NCBI GenBank assembly: GCA_963668355.1
Contig: OY764265.1
Span: forward strand, 1,536,001 to 1,600,000
DNA from: Bdellovibrionota bacterium
GTDB lineage: Bacteria; Bdellovibrionota_G; JALEGL01; DATDPG01
Direction of reading: 5' to 3'
Length of the DNA stretch: 64,000 nt
Below are positions 38,276 through 48,897 of the stretch, piece by piece (within the stretch, counting starts at the first letter, position 1; each line of letters starts with the position of its first letter). Below the pieces are notes generated by a model. The model searched no databases and had not been told where the DNA came from. It worked only from the letters and a program-made list of their open reading frames with translations. Made by a program: the position numbers and the translations under genes.

Positions 38276-39856
38276 ATGTCACAAGGAATGTTTAAAGGCT
38301 TAAATCGAGAAATCGAATTGCTCGCGCGCGATAAAGGCATCGATAAGATGGTTATTATTGACGCGGTGAAAAGTGCTTTTTTGACGGCGGCGCGAAAACG
38401 GTTTGGGGCCGACAAAGAAATCGAAGCGCACTTTAACGAAGTCGAAGAAGAAATCGAATTGTTTGAGTTTTTGAACGTCGTCGAAAAGGCGGCGGATCCG
38501 CTTCATGAAATTTCATTTGACGAAGCCAAGAAACACGATCCTGAGTGCGAACTCGGAGATGTCATCGGTTTGAAAATGAAAAGCGAGGAGCTGGGTCGAA
38601 TTGCGGCTCAGACCGCCAAGCAGGTGATCATCCAGAAGTTGCGAGATGCGGAGTCCGAGATCATTCATGATGAATATAAGGATAGAGAAGGCACGTTGAT
38701 TGCTGGAATTGTCCGACATTTTGAAAAAGGAAACATCATGATCGATCTGGGGAGAACGGAAGCCATTCTCCCGATGTCGGAACAAGTTCCTCGAGAACAT
38801 TATCGCCCAGGGGATCGAATCCAAACCTACGTCATGGATATTCTTCGTTCATCACGCGGAGCACAAATTGTGGTTTCTCGGGCGCATACGGGTCTGCTTG
38901 TAAAACTCTTTGAGAACGAAGTTCCTGAAATTTACGAAGGCATTGTGAGGATCGAATCCGCGGCTCGCGAGCCGGGCGGAAGGGCAAAGATTGCCGTTTC
39001 CTCCAAAGATTCCGATGTTGATCCCGTGGGAGCTTGTGTGGGCATGAAAGGGGCTCGCGTGCAGGCCGTGGTTCAAGAGCTTCGGGGAGAAAAAATTGAC
39101 ATTGTTCAGTGGAATCCAGATCCAGCTCGGTATGTTTGCAATGCCATTCAGCCCGCGGAGGTTTCTCGCGTCATTTTGGATGAGCCCAATCTATCGATGG
39201 AATTGATTGTTCCGGATGATCAGTTGTCGTTGGCCATCGGAAAGAAAGGACAGAATGTTCGCCTGGCTGCAAAACTCACGGGCTGGAAAATTGATATTCA
39301 CAGTGAGTCCAAAATTAAAGACATGGCTGAGTTGGGCCGCTCCCTTCTTATGGAGATTGAAGGAATCGGGGATAACCTCGCCGAGCTTCTCTACGCCCAA
39401 GGCATTATTTCTCCGGAAGTGCTCGCGACTTATGACGCTCAACAATTGATGGCTCTGACCGGATTGGAACAAGAAAAAGTCGACGAAATTAAGCAAAAAT
39501 GTGTGGTGTGGGCGGAGGCCGCCAAGAGAAAGGCCGAAGCCGATGCCAAAGAGTTGGCTGAAATGGAAGGTTTGACGCCGGAAATGGTGGAGAACTTGAA
39601 AAAAGGTGGATACGTAAGTGTTGCGATGTTGGCGGAAGCCGAACCTGGAGACATTGCTCGAAGAGGCGAAATGGATCTCGAGACGGCAATTCGTGTGGTT
39701 CGCTTGGCCAAGGAAATGCATCCTGAAGTTGTGGAAAAATTAGAGGCCGCCAAAGCGGCGTTGAGAGAAGAGACATCTGAGGAGCCGAATGTGGAGGTTG
39801 CTCAGAACAATGCGGGTTCGCAGGAATCTACGCAAAACGAAAATCAGGGGAGTTAG
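38276..39856 (+). CDS. nusA: Transcription termination factor NusA with acidic-repeat C-terminus
   Basis: [35 protein letters not shown]; start 38276 or 38288. Confidence 0.97.
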   Translation: MSQGMFKGLNREIELLARDKGIDKMVIIDAVKSAFLTAARKRFGADKEIEAHFNEVEEEIELFEFLNVVEKAADPLHEISFDEAKKHDPECELGDVIGLKMKSEELGRIAAQTAKQVIIQKLRDAESEIIHDEYKDREGTLIAGIVRHFEKGNIMIDLGRTEAILPMSEQVPREHYRPGDRIQTYVMDILRSSRGAQIVVSRAHTGLLVKLFENEVPEIYEGIVRIESAAREPGGRAKIAVSSKDSDVDPVGACVGMKGARVQAVVQELRGEKIDIVQWNPDPARYVCNAIQPAEVSRVILDEPNLSMELIVPDDQLSLAIGKKGQNVRLAAKLTGWKIDIHSESKIKDMAELGRSLLMEIEGIGDNLAELLYAQGIISPEVLATYDAQQLMALTGLEQEKVDEIKQKCVVWAEAAKRKAEADAKELAEMEGLTPEMVENLKKGGYVSVAMLAEAEPGDIARRGEMDLETAIRVVRLAKEMHPEVVEKLEAAKAALREETSEEPNVEVAQNNAGSQESTQNENQGS

Positions 39857-39865
39857 GGATTTTTC

Positions 39866-42316
39866 ATGGATGAGAACAACACAACGTCAACCGAGAGCGC
39901 GGACGCTGCGGCAGAAACGGTGATTACGGAAAAACGGGTCACGCGCACGGTGATTCGTCGCCGGGCCAAGACAGCCCCTACAACTCCGGAAGATTCCGTT
40001 GAAGAAAAAAAGGAAGTCGCTGCCGTCGAAGTTGAAAAACCGGTGGTAGAGGAACCCAAGGTTGAAAAAGAAAAGACCGAACAAAAGGCTGCGGTTGAAC
40101 CGAAAAAAGAACCCGCGAAGAAGAAAGAACGTAAATCCGTTTTAAAGAAGGCGGCTGAGGTTAAAATTCCAGAGCCTCGAGTGGTTCAGGCGGCTCCCCC
40201 AAAAGTTGAATCGGAAATTGTACCGGAAGTCCAAGAAGGCGAGGGAGAAGGGTCTGTGGATAAGCCTTCCCCGTATCAGGATGCCTATAAAAGGATCAAG
40301 GTTGTAAAAGCTTCAGAAAAAGAAATCAAAGCTTCGGTTGTGAAAGAGGCTCCCAAAAAGCCTCCCATGCCGGCAACGCCTTCGACTCCGAGGGTCGCAA
40401 AAGCCACGGTAGATCCTTCGGCCAATCGTCTTACGCGAAAAGAAGTCATTGAAGTTCGCAACTACCATAAGCCAAAGGTGGGACGTAAAAAGAGACTGGC
40501 TCCCGGGAAAAAAGCCAAGAAGACAGAGATTACCATTCCAAAAGCCAGTAAGCGTGTGATCAAAATCGCCGATACGATTCAGGTGGCTGAGCTGGCCAAG
40601 CGAATGAGTGTGAAAGTTCGAGAAGTCATTCAAAAGCTGGTTGGCATGGGAATGATGGTTACGATCAACCAGTCGATCGATTTGGATACCGCGACGATTG
40701 TAGCCAATGAGTTTGGCTACGAAATCGAAAACATTGCAACCGTTCCAGAAGATCTTTTGGTCATGGACCAACAGAGTCAGGAAGCCGATAAAGAGGAAGA
40801 TCTTCTTCCAAGGGCTCCCGTAGTTACCGTTATGGGGCATGTCGATCATGGAAAGACCTCATTGCTGGATGCCATTCGGAAAACAGATGTCGTTTCTAAA
40901 GAAGCGGGAGGCATCACGCAGCATATCGGTGCGTATTCGGTGAAAACCGAAGCGAATAAAATGGTGACCTTCGTGGACACGCCGGGTCACGAAGCGTTTA
41001 CCGCCATGCGTGCACGTGGAGCTCAAATCACGGATGTCGTCATCCTAGTTGTCGCGGCAGACGATGGGGTGATGCCCCAAACCAAAGAAGCCGTGAATCA
41101 CGCCAAATCAGCGAAAGTCCCAATCATTGTGGCCATCAATAAGATGGATAAAGATGGGGCTGATCCGGATCGCGTCAAGAAGGCTTTGACCGAATTTGAA
41201 ATGGTTCCCGAGGAATGGGGAGGGGATACTCTTTATGTTCCGGTTTCTGCAAAAACCGGAGAAGGCATTCCCCAACTTTTGGAAATGCTCGCATTGCAGT
41301 CTGAAATGTTGGAGCTTCGAGCCAATCCCGATCGCCTCGCCCAAGGAAGTGTTGTTGAGTCTCGTCTGGATCGAAGACGAGGGTCCGTTACGACGATCTT
41401 GGTGCAGAGAGGAACCCTCAAAGAGGGTGACTCCATTGTAGCTGGAGATCACTATGGCCGAATTCGAGTGATGGTCGATGATCGTGGGCGACCCATCAAG
41501 AAAGCAGGTCCATCCACCCCGGTTGAGATTACTGGAATGACGGGAGTTCCTGATGCTGGTGATGTGGTCATTGCTGTAGAAAATGAAAAGAAAGCCAAAC
41601 AGGTTTCGGATCTTCGAAAAGAGCGGTCTCGTGAGAAAGAGCTTTCTACAACATCCAAAGTTTCCTTGGATGATCTGTATCAACAAATTCAAAAGGGCGA
41701 CGTGAAAGAGCTCAAAGTGATCGTCAAGGCCGACACCATGGGCTCTGTGGAAGTTTTGACCGATACCCTTAAGAAGCTTTCCACTGCGAAAGTAGGCGTG
41801 AATGTGATTCACGGTGCGGTGGGAGCGGCCACGGAAAGTGACATTTACTTGGCCACCGCCTCGGATGCCATCATTGTGTGTTTTCATGTTCGTCCGGATG
41901 CGAATGCAAGAACACTGGCCGATCGAGCGAAGGTTGATCTTCGTACTTACGAAATCATTTACGAATTGACGGAAGACATCACAAAGGCCATGGCCGGTTT
42001 GTTGGCTCCGAAAATCGTTGAAAATGTTTTGGGAAGAGCAGAAGTTAAAGACATCTTCACCATTCCGAAAATTGGTACTGTGGCCGGGTGTGGCGTGACG
42101 GATGGAAAAATTCTTCGCAATGCTAAGGTTCGTTTGCTTCGAGATGATGTGAAAATTTATGAAGGGACATTAAGTTCGCTTCGCAGATTCAAAGACGATG
42201 TGCGTGAAGTCGCCAACGGCTTGGAATGTGGTATCGGAATCGCCAACTATAATGATGTTAAAGTAGGCGATGTCATCGAAGCCTTTCAAGTCGAAGAAAT
42301 CGCAGCTGAATTATAG
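39866..42316 (+). CDS. infB: Translation initiation factor IF-2
   Basis: GHVDHGKTSLLD, DTPGHEAF, NKMD, ECGI. Confidence 0.99.
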   Translation: MDENNTTSTESADAAAETVITEKRVTRTVIRRRAKTAPTTPEDSVEEKKEVAAVEVEKPVVEEPKVEKEKTEQKAAVEPKKEPAKKKERKSVLKKAAEVKIPEPRVVQAAPPKVESEIVPEVQEGEGEGSVDKPSPYQDAYKRIKVVKASEKEIKASVVKEAPKKPPMPATPSTPRVAKATVDPSANRLTRKEVIEVRNYHKPKVGRKKRLAPGKKAKKTEITIPKASKRVIKIADTIQVAELAKRMSVKVREVIQKLVGMGMMVTINQSIDLDTATIVANEFGYEIENIATVPEDLLVMDQQSQEADKEEDLLPRAPVVTVMGHVDHGKTSLLDAIRKTDVVSKEAGGITQHIGAYSVKTEANKMVTFVDTPGHEAFTAMRARGAQITDVVILVVAADDGVMPQTKEAVNHAKSAKVPIIVAINKMDKDGADPDRVKKALTEFEMVPEEWGGDTLYVPVSAKTGEGIPQLLEMLALQSEMLELRANPDRLAQGSVVESRLDRRRGSVTTILVQRGTLKEGDSIVAGDHYGRIRVMVDDRGRPIKKAGPSTPVEITGMTGVPDAGDVVIAVENEKKAKQVSDLRKERSREKELSTTSKVSLDDLYQQIQKGDVKELKVIVKADTMGSVEVLTDTLKKLSTAKVGVNVIHGAVGAATESDIYLATASDAIIVCFHVRPDANARTLADRAKVDLRTYEIIYELTEDITKAMAGLLAPKIVENVLGRAEVKDIFTIPKIGTVAGCGVTDGKILRNAKVRLLRDDVKIYEGTLSSLRRFKDDVREVANGLECGIGIANYNDVKVGDVIEAFQVEEIAAEL

Positions 42317-42360
42317 TAAACTCTGAACAATCAGAGGAGATCAATTGAAGGGAGGTCTTT

Positions 42361-42729
42361 GTGCAAAACCGTCAACCCTTTCGTCGGGCGGATCGTTATG
42401 CGGATGTGTTAAGGCAAATCGTTTCGGAGGCCCTTCTCAAAAAGTTTCCTCATCTCGGCTTGGAAGAAATCACGATTACGGGCGTTCGGATAACCGATGA
42501 CTTGCAGAATGCCCGCGTATTGTATCGAGTCATGCACCCCGAACACCGCACCGAAGTAGCCAAACAATTGTCAAAAATGACGGGCGCCATTCGCCGAGAA
42601 ACGGGAAAAGAGCTTAAGTCAAAATTTACGCCTCGCTTAACCTTCGAATATGATGACTCGTTGGATTACGGCCATCGCATCGATCAACTCTTGGCATCTG
42701 TTCCAAAAGGAGATTCCGAGGAGGAGTAG
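42361..42729 (+). CDS. rbfA: 30S ribosome-binding factor A
   Basis: ITITGVRITDDLQNARV, TPRLTFEYDDS; synteny. Confidence 0.93.
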   Translation: MQNRQPFRRADRYADVLRQIVSEALLKKFPHLGLEEITITGVRITDDLQNARVLYRVMHPEHRTEVAKQLSKMTGAIRRETGKELKSKFTPRLTFEYDDSLDYGHRIDQLLASVPKGDSEEE

Positions 42730-42741
42730 AGAAAGCTTCAT

Positions 42742-43647
42742 ATGGATGGCATTCTCGTTATTGATAAACCGAAAGGGATTACTTCTCACGGTGTGGTTTC
42801 CAAAATCCGTCGTCACGTGGGAATGAAACGCGTAGGTCACGCAGGAACGTTGGATCCTGATGCTACTGGAGTGTTGGTTTTGTGTTTGGGTAACGCGACC
42901 AAAATCAGTTCGTGCTTGATGCAGGGGGACAAAACGTATCGGGTCGGATTTCGTCTGGGTGTGATGACCGACACTTATGATTCCACAGGAAACATTCTGG
43001 TTGAGAATGAGGTTTCTGTAGAATCCGAAAAGCTTTTGGCTGAAATCGAAGCATTGAAACGCAAGACTTTGCAGGCACCACCTCCTTATTCGGCCGTGAA
43101 GGTAAAAGGGAAGAAGCTGTATATGTACGCTCGACAAGGGACCAAAGTTGAGGCCCCCTTGAGAGAAATCCATGTGTCAGAATTTTCCCTCCGACGTTTT
43201 GATGGACAGGAAGGGGAAGTGGAAATTGGGTGTTCGAAAGGAACATTCGTTCGCTCTTTGATTCACGACCTGGGAAAAGCCCTTGGCTGTGGGGGAATGA
43301 CGACCTTCATACGACGTACACGGAGTGGACATCTTTCCCTCGATCAAGCTCATTCCCTCGAGGAGCTCTTGAATAAAGACCCAGAGTCCTCCCAGTTTCG
43401 AGATTGTCTGCTTTCGATCAGTCAAGCCACTCCGCATATACCCCAATTAAAGATTTCAAACGAACAACCCATCATCCAGCTTCGGCATGGCATTTCGCTA
43501 ACCTCTTCTCAAGTCAAAGAAGGTCTTTGGAAACATCACGCCGGCAAAGACGGTGAGACCTGTTTGATCATTGATCACGAAGAGGAGGCCGTAGCCTTGG
43601 TTGTGCTTCAGCCAGACTTGAGTATCCGCATTTCACGGGTAATCTAA
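42742..43647 (+). CDS. truB: tRNA pseudouridine(55) synthase
   Basis: GHAGTLDPDATGVL, PPYSAVK, CSKGTFVRSL. Confidence 0.96.
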   Translation: MDGILVIDKPKGITSHGVVSKIRRHVGMKRVGHAGTLDPDATGVLVLCLGNATKISSCLMQGDKTYRVGFRLGVMTDTYDSTGNILVENEVSVESEKLLAEIEALKRKTLQAPPPYSAVKVKGKKLYMYARQGTKVEAPLREIHVSEFSLRRFDGQEGEVEIGCSKGTFVRSLIHDLGKALGCGGMTTFIRRTRSGHLSLDQAHSLEELLNKDPESSQFRDCLLSISQATPHIPQLKISNEQPIIQLRHGISLTSSQVKEGLWKHHAGKDGETCLIIDHEEEAVALVVLQPDLSIRISRVI

Positions 43648-43651
43648 TTTA

Positions 43652-45088
43652 ATGGCAAAACTCTTCGGGCTGCTCATATTGGTTTTTGCGGTTGGCTGTG
43701 ATCAATCGCCTTCAACCTTGGCTTCCGGGGGCCAGATTGTGCTTCGAGGCGAAAGGCCTCAATCTGAATACGGAGCGAGTGGAGATCTTGTGGGAGATCT
43801 CAATGCGGATGGTTTTGGCGATGTGGTCATTGGGGCCCCGGGGGATTCCCGGAACGGAAACAACGCGGGAGCCGTCTACGTTTACTTTGGATCCTCTTCT
43901 GGAATTTCGGAAACACCCGATGCTGTTTTGTTGGGGGGTGCGGGGGATCGCTTTGGATCTTCCTTGCGAGGGGTTGGAGATGTAAATCAAGATGGAATCG
44001 ATGATTTAGCGATTGGGGCGTTGTCGTCGAGTCGGCAAGGCTTTTCGAATCAAAGCGTCGTCCATTTTTTTTGGGGTCGAAGAGCCGGATTGTTGACTAC
44101 GGCAGAGGAAGTTTCGGAAGGGGTTCGGTATTCAGAAGTTTCGGACCTTACGTTGATCAATGACATCACCCAAGAACTTCCCATGGTTTCTGCTGCCGGG
44201 GATTTGAATCAGGATGGACGTTTGGATGTCGCTGTGGGCTTGCCTCAGGGTGATCGTGTGGTTGTGTTTTTAGGAGGGAGTGCTTTTCCCACTGCGCCAC
44301 TGTTTTCATTTTCCCAAGCCAACCTTCATTTTATCGGAAAGGAAGGAGACTCTTTTGGAGCTTCTCTGGCAGCCGTAGGGGATGTGAACGGCTTTAATCA
44401 AGGCTCAGATACCCGATTTGGGGATGATTTGTTGATCGGGGCCCCCCATGCGGAAGGCGGGGGAAAGGCTTTTTTGGTTTTGGGGCATTCGGGATTGTCG
44501 GGAACAAAAGCGATTGATGAAGTCAGCTCGGTTTTCTCAGGGGATCGGGAGGGCGATTTTTTTGGAGCCTCCGTGGCAGGTATTGGAGATTTCGATGCAG
44601 ATGGTTTTGGAGACCTGGCCATTGGCGCTCCCGGAAATGGCGCCGGATATGTTGAAGTGTATTTTGGACAATCCCAAAGTGGTCCCCTTTCCACACGACT
44701 TCCCTTGAAAATCCTTGGAGAGATGGAAGGGGATGGTTTTGGAACCGCCATCTCTGGATCGATTGAAGCGACTCTCCTGGGAGTTTCAGCTCTGTATGTG
44801 GCTGCGCCAAACAGCAACTTCGTTCATGAAGGGGGAGGACTTTTTTATCAGTTTACACAAGCCCTTTACCCTGGAGACACCTCCGGAAGTGGAATTACCC
44901 TTCAAGCATCCGCAGCGGATCAGCGTTTTCAAAACCTGGTGGGCGGTAGCGGGCAGAATTCCTCGTTCGGTTTCGTATTGGCCTCCGGCTTAGATGTTAC
45001 AGGAGACGGAAATGGAGATGTGCTTGTGGGGGCACCCTATTCCAATACAGCCGGAGAAGATGCCGGCCAGGCCATTCTTTATTGGTGA
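43652..45088 (+). CDS. FG-GAP (integrin-alpha beta-propeller) repeat lipoprotein
   Basis: AVGC lipobox; seven FG..GD.N.DG..D...GAP repeats, some degenerate. Confidence 0.9.
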   Translation: MAKLFGLLILVFAVGCDQSPSTLASGGQIVLRGERPQSEYGASGDLVGDLNADGFGDVVIGAPGDSRNGNNAGAVYVYFGSSSGISETPDAVLLGGAGDRFGSSLRGVGDVNQDGIDDLAIGALSSSRQGFSNQSVVHFFWGRRAGLLTTAEEVSEGVRYSEVSDLTLINDITQELPMVSAAGDLNQDGRLDVAVGLPQGDRVVVFLGGSAFPTAPLFSFSQANLHFIGKEGDSFGASLAAVGDVNGFNQGSDTRFGDDLLIGAPHAEGGGKAFLVLGHSGLSGTKAIDEVSSVFSGDREGDFFGASVAGIGDFDADGFGDLAIGAPGNGAGYVEVYFGQSQSGPLSTRLPLKILGEMEGDGFGTAISGSIEATLLGVSALYVAAPNSNFVHEGGGLFYQFTQALYPGDTSGSGITLQASAADQRFQNLVGGSGQNSSFGFVLASGLDVTGDGNGDVLVGAPYSNTAGEDAGQAILYW

Positions 45089-46062
45089 AGATTTCCCCAA
45101 TTCGGAAAATTTGAAAACGTTCCCATTTGGTTATGAGGAAAAAGAGCCGAAAGCTCCTGGAGGAGTTTTCCGGCCTCAGAGTCTGGATGGAAATAGTGGA
45201 CGGACATTTTGTTCGTGAAAAAATCGAGAACCAGTCGAAGGTCCGAAAGGTTTTGACCTTGTTTGAAAAAGGGAGAATCTGGATTTTTACCCAACCTGTT
45301 TGAGGGCGTTCGAAGCAAGACTTCCCGCTCAACCAGTTCATTGGCAATTTGAGAGAGCCAGAACAAAACATGAGATTCAACGATGTCAGGGCTATTCGAT
45401 TCCCTTGCTGCCTTAGAAATCGCATAGAATGGTTCGCAATAGCGTTGGAAGGTGATGCGTTTTGTAAGGGTCCAAGCGCTCGAAAGTTGCTGATCCAGAA
45501 AAGACATCACGCGTGTGTGTTCGGCTTGGCTCAAAACTTCTAAAACTTCCCCCTGTGTTCTCGGATTGGGTGCGCGAAGGAAATTTCGGACGGCCTCAAG
45601 CGACCGGGATCGGAGAGGAGAAATTTCGGCGACTTTTCCCTCCAAATGAATCAGATCTTCTCGGCTGAGCTCAATGAGTGCCGTGCGCAGGTGGGATTGA
45701 AATTCAGGCGTTCGGAAGTACGGCTTGTGAAATTTCTTGAATAAAGCCAATTGCTGCTCGGTCGTAAAAAACTCCTGAGTGACCGATTCTTGCCAGAGCA
45801 GAAGGGCGTCACTCAAGTTTTCCATTTCTGCTAGAGCCGTAAGCCTCCCTATCTGTGAGGGAGAAAAAGATTTGAACAATTTCGTATCCTGCAGAGCGGG
45901 GAGGGCTCTGGAGACTCGGAAACCATGAACGAAGCTCACCGCTTCCTGAGAAACGCGCACCACAAGAGAATTGGCGTGGAGTTTTGTCAAAGGGAGGAGG
46001 GTCGTCGCGATCACCGCCCAAACGATAAATTGTGTTGTTCTAGAAGATTTCATCCTGCGCAT
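45079..46062 (-). CDS. Hypothetical exported helical protein
   Basis: Long ORF with signal-peptide-like N-terminus from ATG 46062 or 46053; no family recognised. Confidence 0.7.
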   Translation of the reverse strand: MRRMKSSRTTQFIVWAVIATTLLPLTKLHANSLVVRVSQEAVSFVHGFRVSRALPALQDTKLFKSFSPSQIGRLTALAEMENLSDALLLWQESVTQEFFTTEQQLALFKKFHKPYFRTPEFQSHLRTALIELSREDLIHLEGKVAEISPLRSRSLEAVRNFLRAPNPRTQGEVLEVLSQAEHTRVMSFLDQQLSSAWTLTKRITFQRYCEPFYAISKAARESNSPDIVESHVLFWLSQIANELVEREVLLRTPSNRLGKNPDSPFFKQGQNLSDLRLVLDFFTNKMSVHYFHPDSEAGKLLQELSALFPHNQMGTFSNFPNWGNLHQ

Positions 46063-46082
46063 CTCGCTCGGGGAGAGTTTGA

Positions 46083-46123
46083 GCAAGGCCTGTGACACGC
46101 AGAAAATGTATAACATATTGAAA
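46083..46123 (-). promoter_or_regulatory. Variant sigma54-like element plus IHF-like box
   Basis: TGTCACAGGCCTTGC, plus TTTCAATATGTTA identical to the box at 12598. Confidence 0.45.
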
Positions 46124-46341
46124 TAATAGATAAAAAATAAAAGATTTCCCGGGAAATGGGTCTGGGGAGAGACATCTTCGTCCCTTTTGGGGAATGTGCT
46201 ATGAAGGAAAAACGTTGAAAGAAAATGCAGGAAGTTTGCTCAGAGAGTTGATTTCCGCATTCGCTTGTGGCAAAGTCCGCCGCAGAAAAATAGAATATAA
46301 CAAAAAATAAACCTAAGTAACCGAAAAGACTAGGAAAATCA

Positions 46342-46599
46342 GTGGAAGCAAAAGCAAAAATCATGGGCAAGTACCAGAGACATGAACAAGATACGGGTTC
46401 GCCCGAAGTGCAGATTGCCTTATTGACCGATCGCATTACGTACCTTACGGAGCATTGTAAGACGCATAAGAAGGACGCTCACTCTCGCCGTGGATTATTG
46501 AGAATGGTTAGTCAGCGTCGTGGTCTTCTTGACTATTTGAGAAAAGTCGACGCAGACAGCTATCAAAAGGTCATTGCGGGCCTTGGCATTCGTAAGTAG
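46342..46599 (+). CDS. rpsO: 30S ribosomal protein S15
   Basis: [23 protein letters not shown]. Confidence 0.97.
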   Translation: MEAKAKIMGKYQRHEQDTGSPEVQIALLTDRITYLTEHCKTHKKDAHSRRGLLRMVSQRRGLLDYLRKVDADSYQKVIAGLGIRK

Positions 46600-46648
46600 C
46601 CATCATTTGGCTCCTACCCACTAGTCTCACACAAAAGGAAAAATCATC

Positions 46649-48865
46649 ATGCATAAGGAAATTACCATTCAATTTCATGGCAGACCTTTGTCGATCGAAG
46701 TCGGAAAAGTCGCAAAACAAGCGAATGGATCTGCAATCTTAAAATATGGAGAATCTACTGTATTAATCACAGCTGTAGCGGCTCAGACGGATCGAGAAGG
46801 GGTCGACTTTTTACCTCTTTCCGTGGATTACTTTGAACGTTTTGCGGCAGCAGGAAAGATTCCCGGAGGATTTTTTAAACGAGAAGGTCGTCAAACCGAG
46901 CGAGAAATTCTGGTTTGCCGGTTATGTGATCGACCCATTCGCCCCTTATTCCCGGATGGGTATCGAAGGGAAACACAGGTCAACGCAACGGTTCTTTCAA
47001 ATGATCCCGATTGCGACACGGATGTGTTGGCGGTCATGGGTTCTTCTCTGGCCTTACATGTTTCTGACATTCCTTTTCACGGACCCATCGCCGCAGTTCG
47101 CGTAGGTCGCGTGGATGGAACGTTGATTTGTAACCCGACAAAAGAACAATCCGAAAAATCCGACATGGACATCGTGGTTGCCGCCAGCAAAGAAGCGATT
47201 GTCATGGTTGAAGGTGGTGCTCAGGAAGTTCCTGAAGCCGACGTTTTGGACGCATTGATGTTTGGATTTGATTCCGTTCAGCCCCTTTTGGCCATTCAGG
47301 ATGAGATGCGCGAAGCCGTGGGCAAAGAAAAGTTCTCTGTCGAAGTTCCGGTGAACGGAGAGAACAACCAATTTGCTTCGATGGTTCAAGAAAAGGCTTT
47401 GGAAAAAGTCAAAGCCGCACTGGCGAATGTGGAAAAGATTCCTCGTTACGCAGCGATTCGCAAAGCCAAAGAGGAGATCTTGGCCCAGCTCATTGAAGAG
47501 GATGCCGCCAATGAAGAAAAGACAGGTTTAATCAAGGAAGCGGTGTCGGATCTCATCAAGAAAGAAACGCGACGAATGATCGTGGACGAGCAAAAACGAT
47601 TGGACGCGCGAGGGACGAAAGACATTCGAAACATATCTACCGAAGTGGGGCTGCTGCCTCGCGCACACGGAAGCGCCTTGTTCACACGGGGCGAAACACA
47701 AGCTTTGGTGACGGCAACTTTGGGTACGGGAGATGACGAACAGAGAATCGATTCCCTGGAAGGTGAGTGGAGAAAGAAATTCATGCTTCACTATAACTTC
47801 CCCGCTTTTTCTGTTGGAGAAGTACGGCCAAATCGAGGTCCGGGTCGCCGAGAAATCGGCCATGGTACCTTGGCCCATCGAGCCATTGAGAAAGTTCTTC
47901 CCGGAGACGAATTCCCTTACACGATCCGCGTCGTTTCAGACATTTTGGAGTCCAACGGATCTTCTTCCATGGCAACGGTCTGTGGGGGATCCATGTCATT
48001 GATGGACGCAGGGGTTCCCTTGAAGGCTCCAGTTGCTGGAATCGCAATGGGATTGATCAAACATGATGATGACTTCGTTGTTCTCTCAGACATTTTGGGA
48101 GATGAAGACCACATTGGCGATATGGACTTTAAAGTGGCCGGTTCTGAAAATGGCGTGACCGCCATTCAGATGGATATCAAAGTTCGTGGCATTAGCCGGG
48201 AAATTCTTAACCAAGCCTTGGAGCAAGCCAGAGAAGGTCGGTTGCACATTCTTGGATGCATGAAGCAAGGTTTGGAATCTCCCCGTGAGGAACTCTCCAA
48301 ATATGCTCCACGGATCGAGACCATTCAAATCCCAACCGATAAAATCCGAGACATCATCGGACCGGGTGGAAAAATGATTCGTGCCATCATGGAAGAATCT
48401 GGTGCCAAGCTGGATGTGGAAGACTCCGGGATCGTAACCATCGCTTCCAATGATGCTGAGGCCCTTAGAATCGCTCGGGAAAAAGTCGAAGGCATTACAG
48501 CCGTTCCTGAGGTCGGTAAAGTCTACAAAGGGAAGGCAGTTCGCGTGGTTGATTTTGGCGCGTTTGTTCAGATCCTTCCGAACACCGATGGTCTCTTGCA
48601 CGTTAGTGAGATGGATTCCGAAGAGCGTGTGTATGATGCCAATGACTTCATCAAAGAAGGTGAAGACGTTGAAGTGAAAGTGCTCGAAATTGATCGAGCC
48701 GGGAAAGTGAGACTCACGCAATATATCGAAGGAGAAAATCCACACCGTCAGGAGCGAAAGCCTCGGAATGACCGAAACAGTCGAGATCGTAACTCCCGAG
48801 ATCGGGGACGAGGTGGAAGAGACGGAGGAAGAGGCGGGCGAGACCGTCGTCCCCCCCGAAGATAG
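46649..48865 (+). CDS. pnp: Polyribonucleotide nucleotidyltransferase
   Basis: [34 protein letters not shown] and S1 domains; RGG-rich tail. Confidence 0.99.
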   Translation: MHKEITIQFHGRPLSIEVGKVAKQANGSAILKYGESTVLITAVAAQTDREGVDFLPLSVDYFERFAAAGKIPGGFFKREGRQTEREILVCRLCDRPIRPLFPDGYRRETQVNATVLSNDPDCDTDVLAVMGSSLALHVSDIPFHGPIAAVRVGRVDGTLICNPTKEQSEKSDMDIVVAASKEAIVMVEGGAQEVPEADVLDALMFGFDSVQPLLAIQDEMREAVGKEKFSVEVPVNGENNQFASMVQEKALEKVKAALANVEKIPRYAAIRKAKEEILAQLIEEDAANEEKTGLIKEAVSDLIKKETRRMIVDEQKRLDARGTKDIRNISTEVGLLPRAHGSALFTRGETQALVTATLGTGDDEQRIDSLEGEWRKKFMLHYNFPAFSVGEVRPNRGPGRREIGHGTLAHRAIEKVLPGDEFPYTIRVVSDILESNGSSSMATVCGGSMSLMDAGVPLKAPVAGIAMGLIKHDDDFVVLSDILGDEDHIGDMDFKVAGSENGVTAIQMDIKVRGISREILNQALEQAREGRLHILGCMKQGLESPREELSKYAPRIETIQIPTDKIRDIIGPGGKMIRAIMEESGAKLDVEDSGIVTIASNDAEALRIAREKVEGITAVPEVGKVYKGKAVRVVDFGAFVQILPNTDGLLHVSEMDSEERVYDANDFIKEGEDVEVKVLEIDRAGKVRLTQYIEGENPHRQERKPRNDRNSRDRNSRDRGRGGRDGGRGGRDRRPPRR

Positions 48866-48873
48866 TTCAATAG

Positions 48874-48888
48874 AAGGGCAATGCCCTT
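48874..48888 (+). terminator. Short hairpin after pnp
   Basis: AAGGGC-aat-GCCCTT; weak U-tract. Confidence 0.3.
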
Positions 48889-48897
48889 TGGGAACGT

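Noticed and set aside
39854..39868. nusA and infB are in the same frame, separated by TAG plus 3 codons (possible readthrough fusion)
   Set aside because: One-in-three chance; infB has its own SD-like AGGGA and ATG; no recoding signal seen
41108..48745. Long antisense ORFs (41108..41887, 48086..48745; also 4709..5329, 19935..20564)
   Set aside because: Mirror frames of conserved genes with no recognisable motifs
48760..48862. Repeat-like DNA at the pnp 3' end (RNSRD twice, RGG)
   Set aside because: Ordinary low-complexity PNPase tail, not an array
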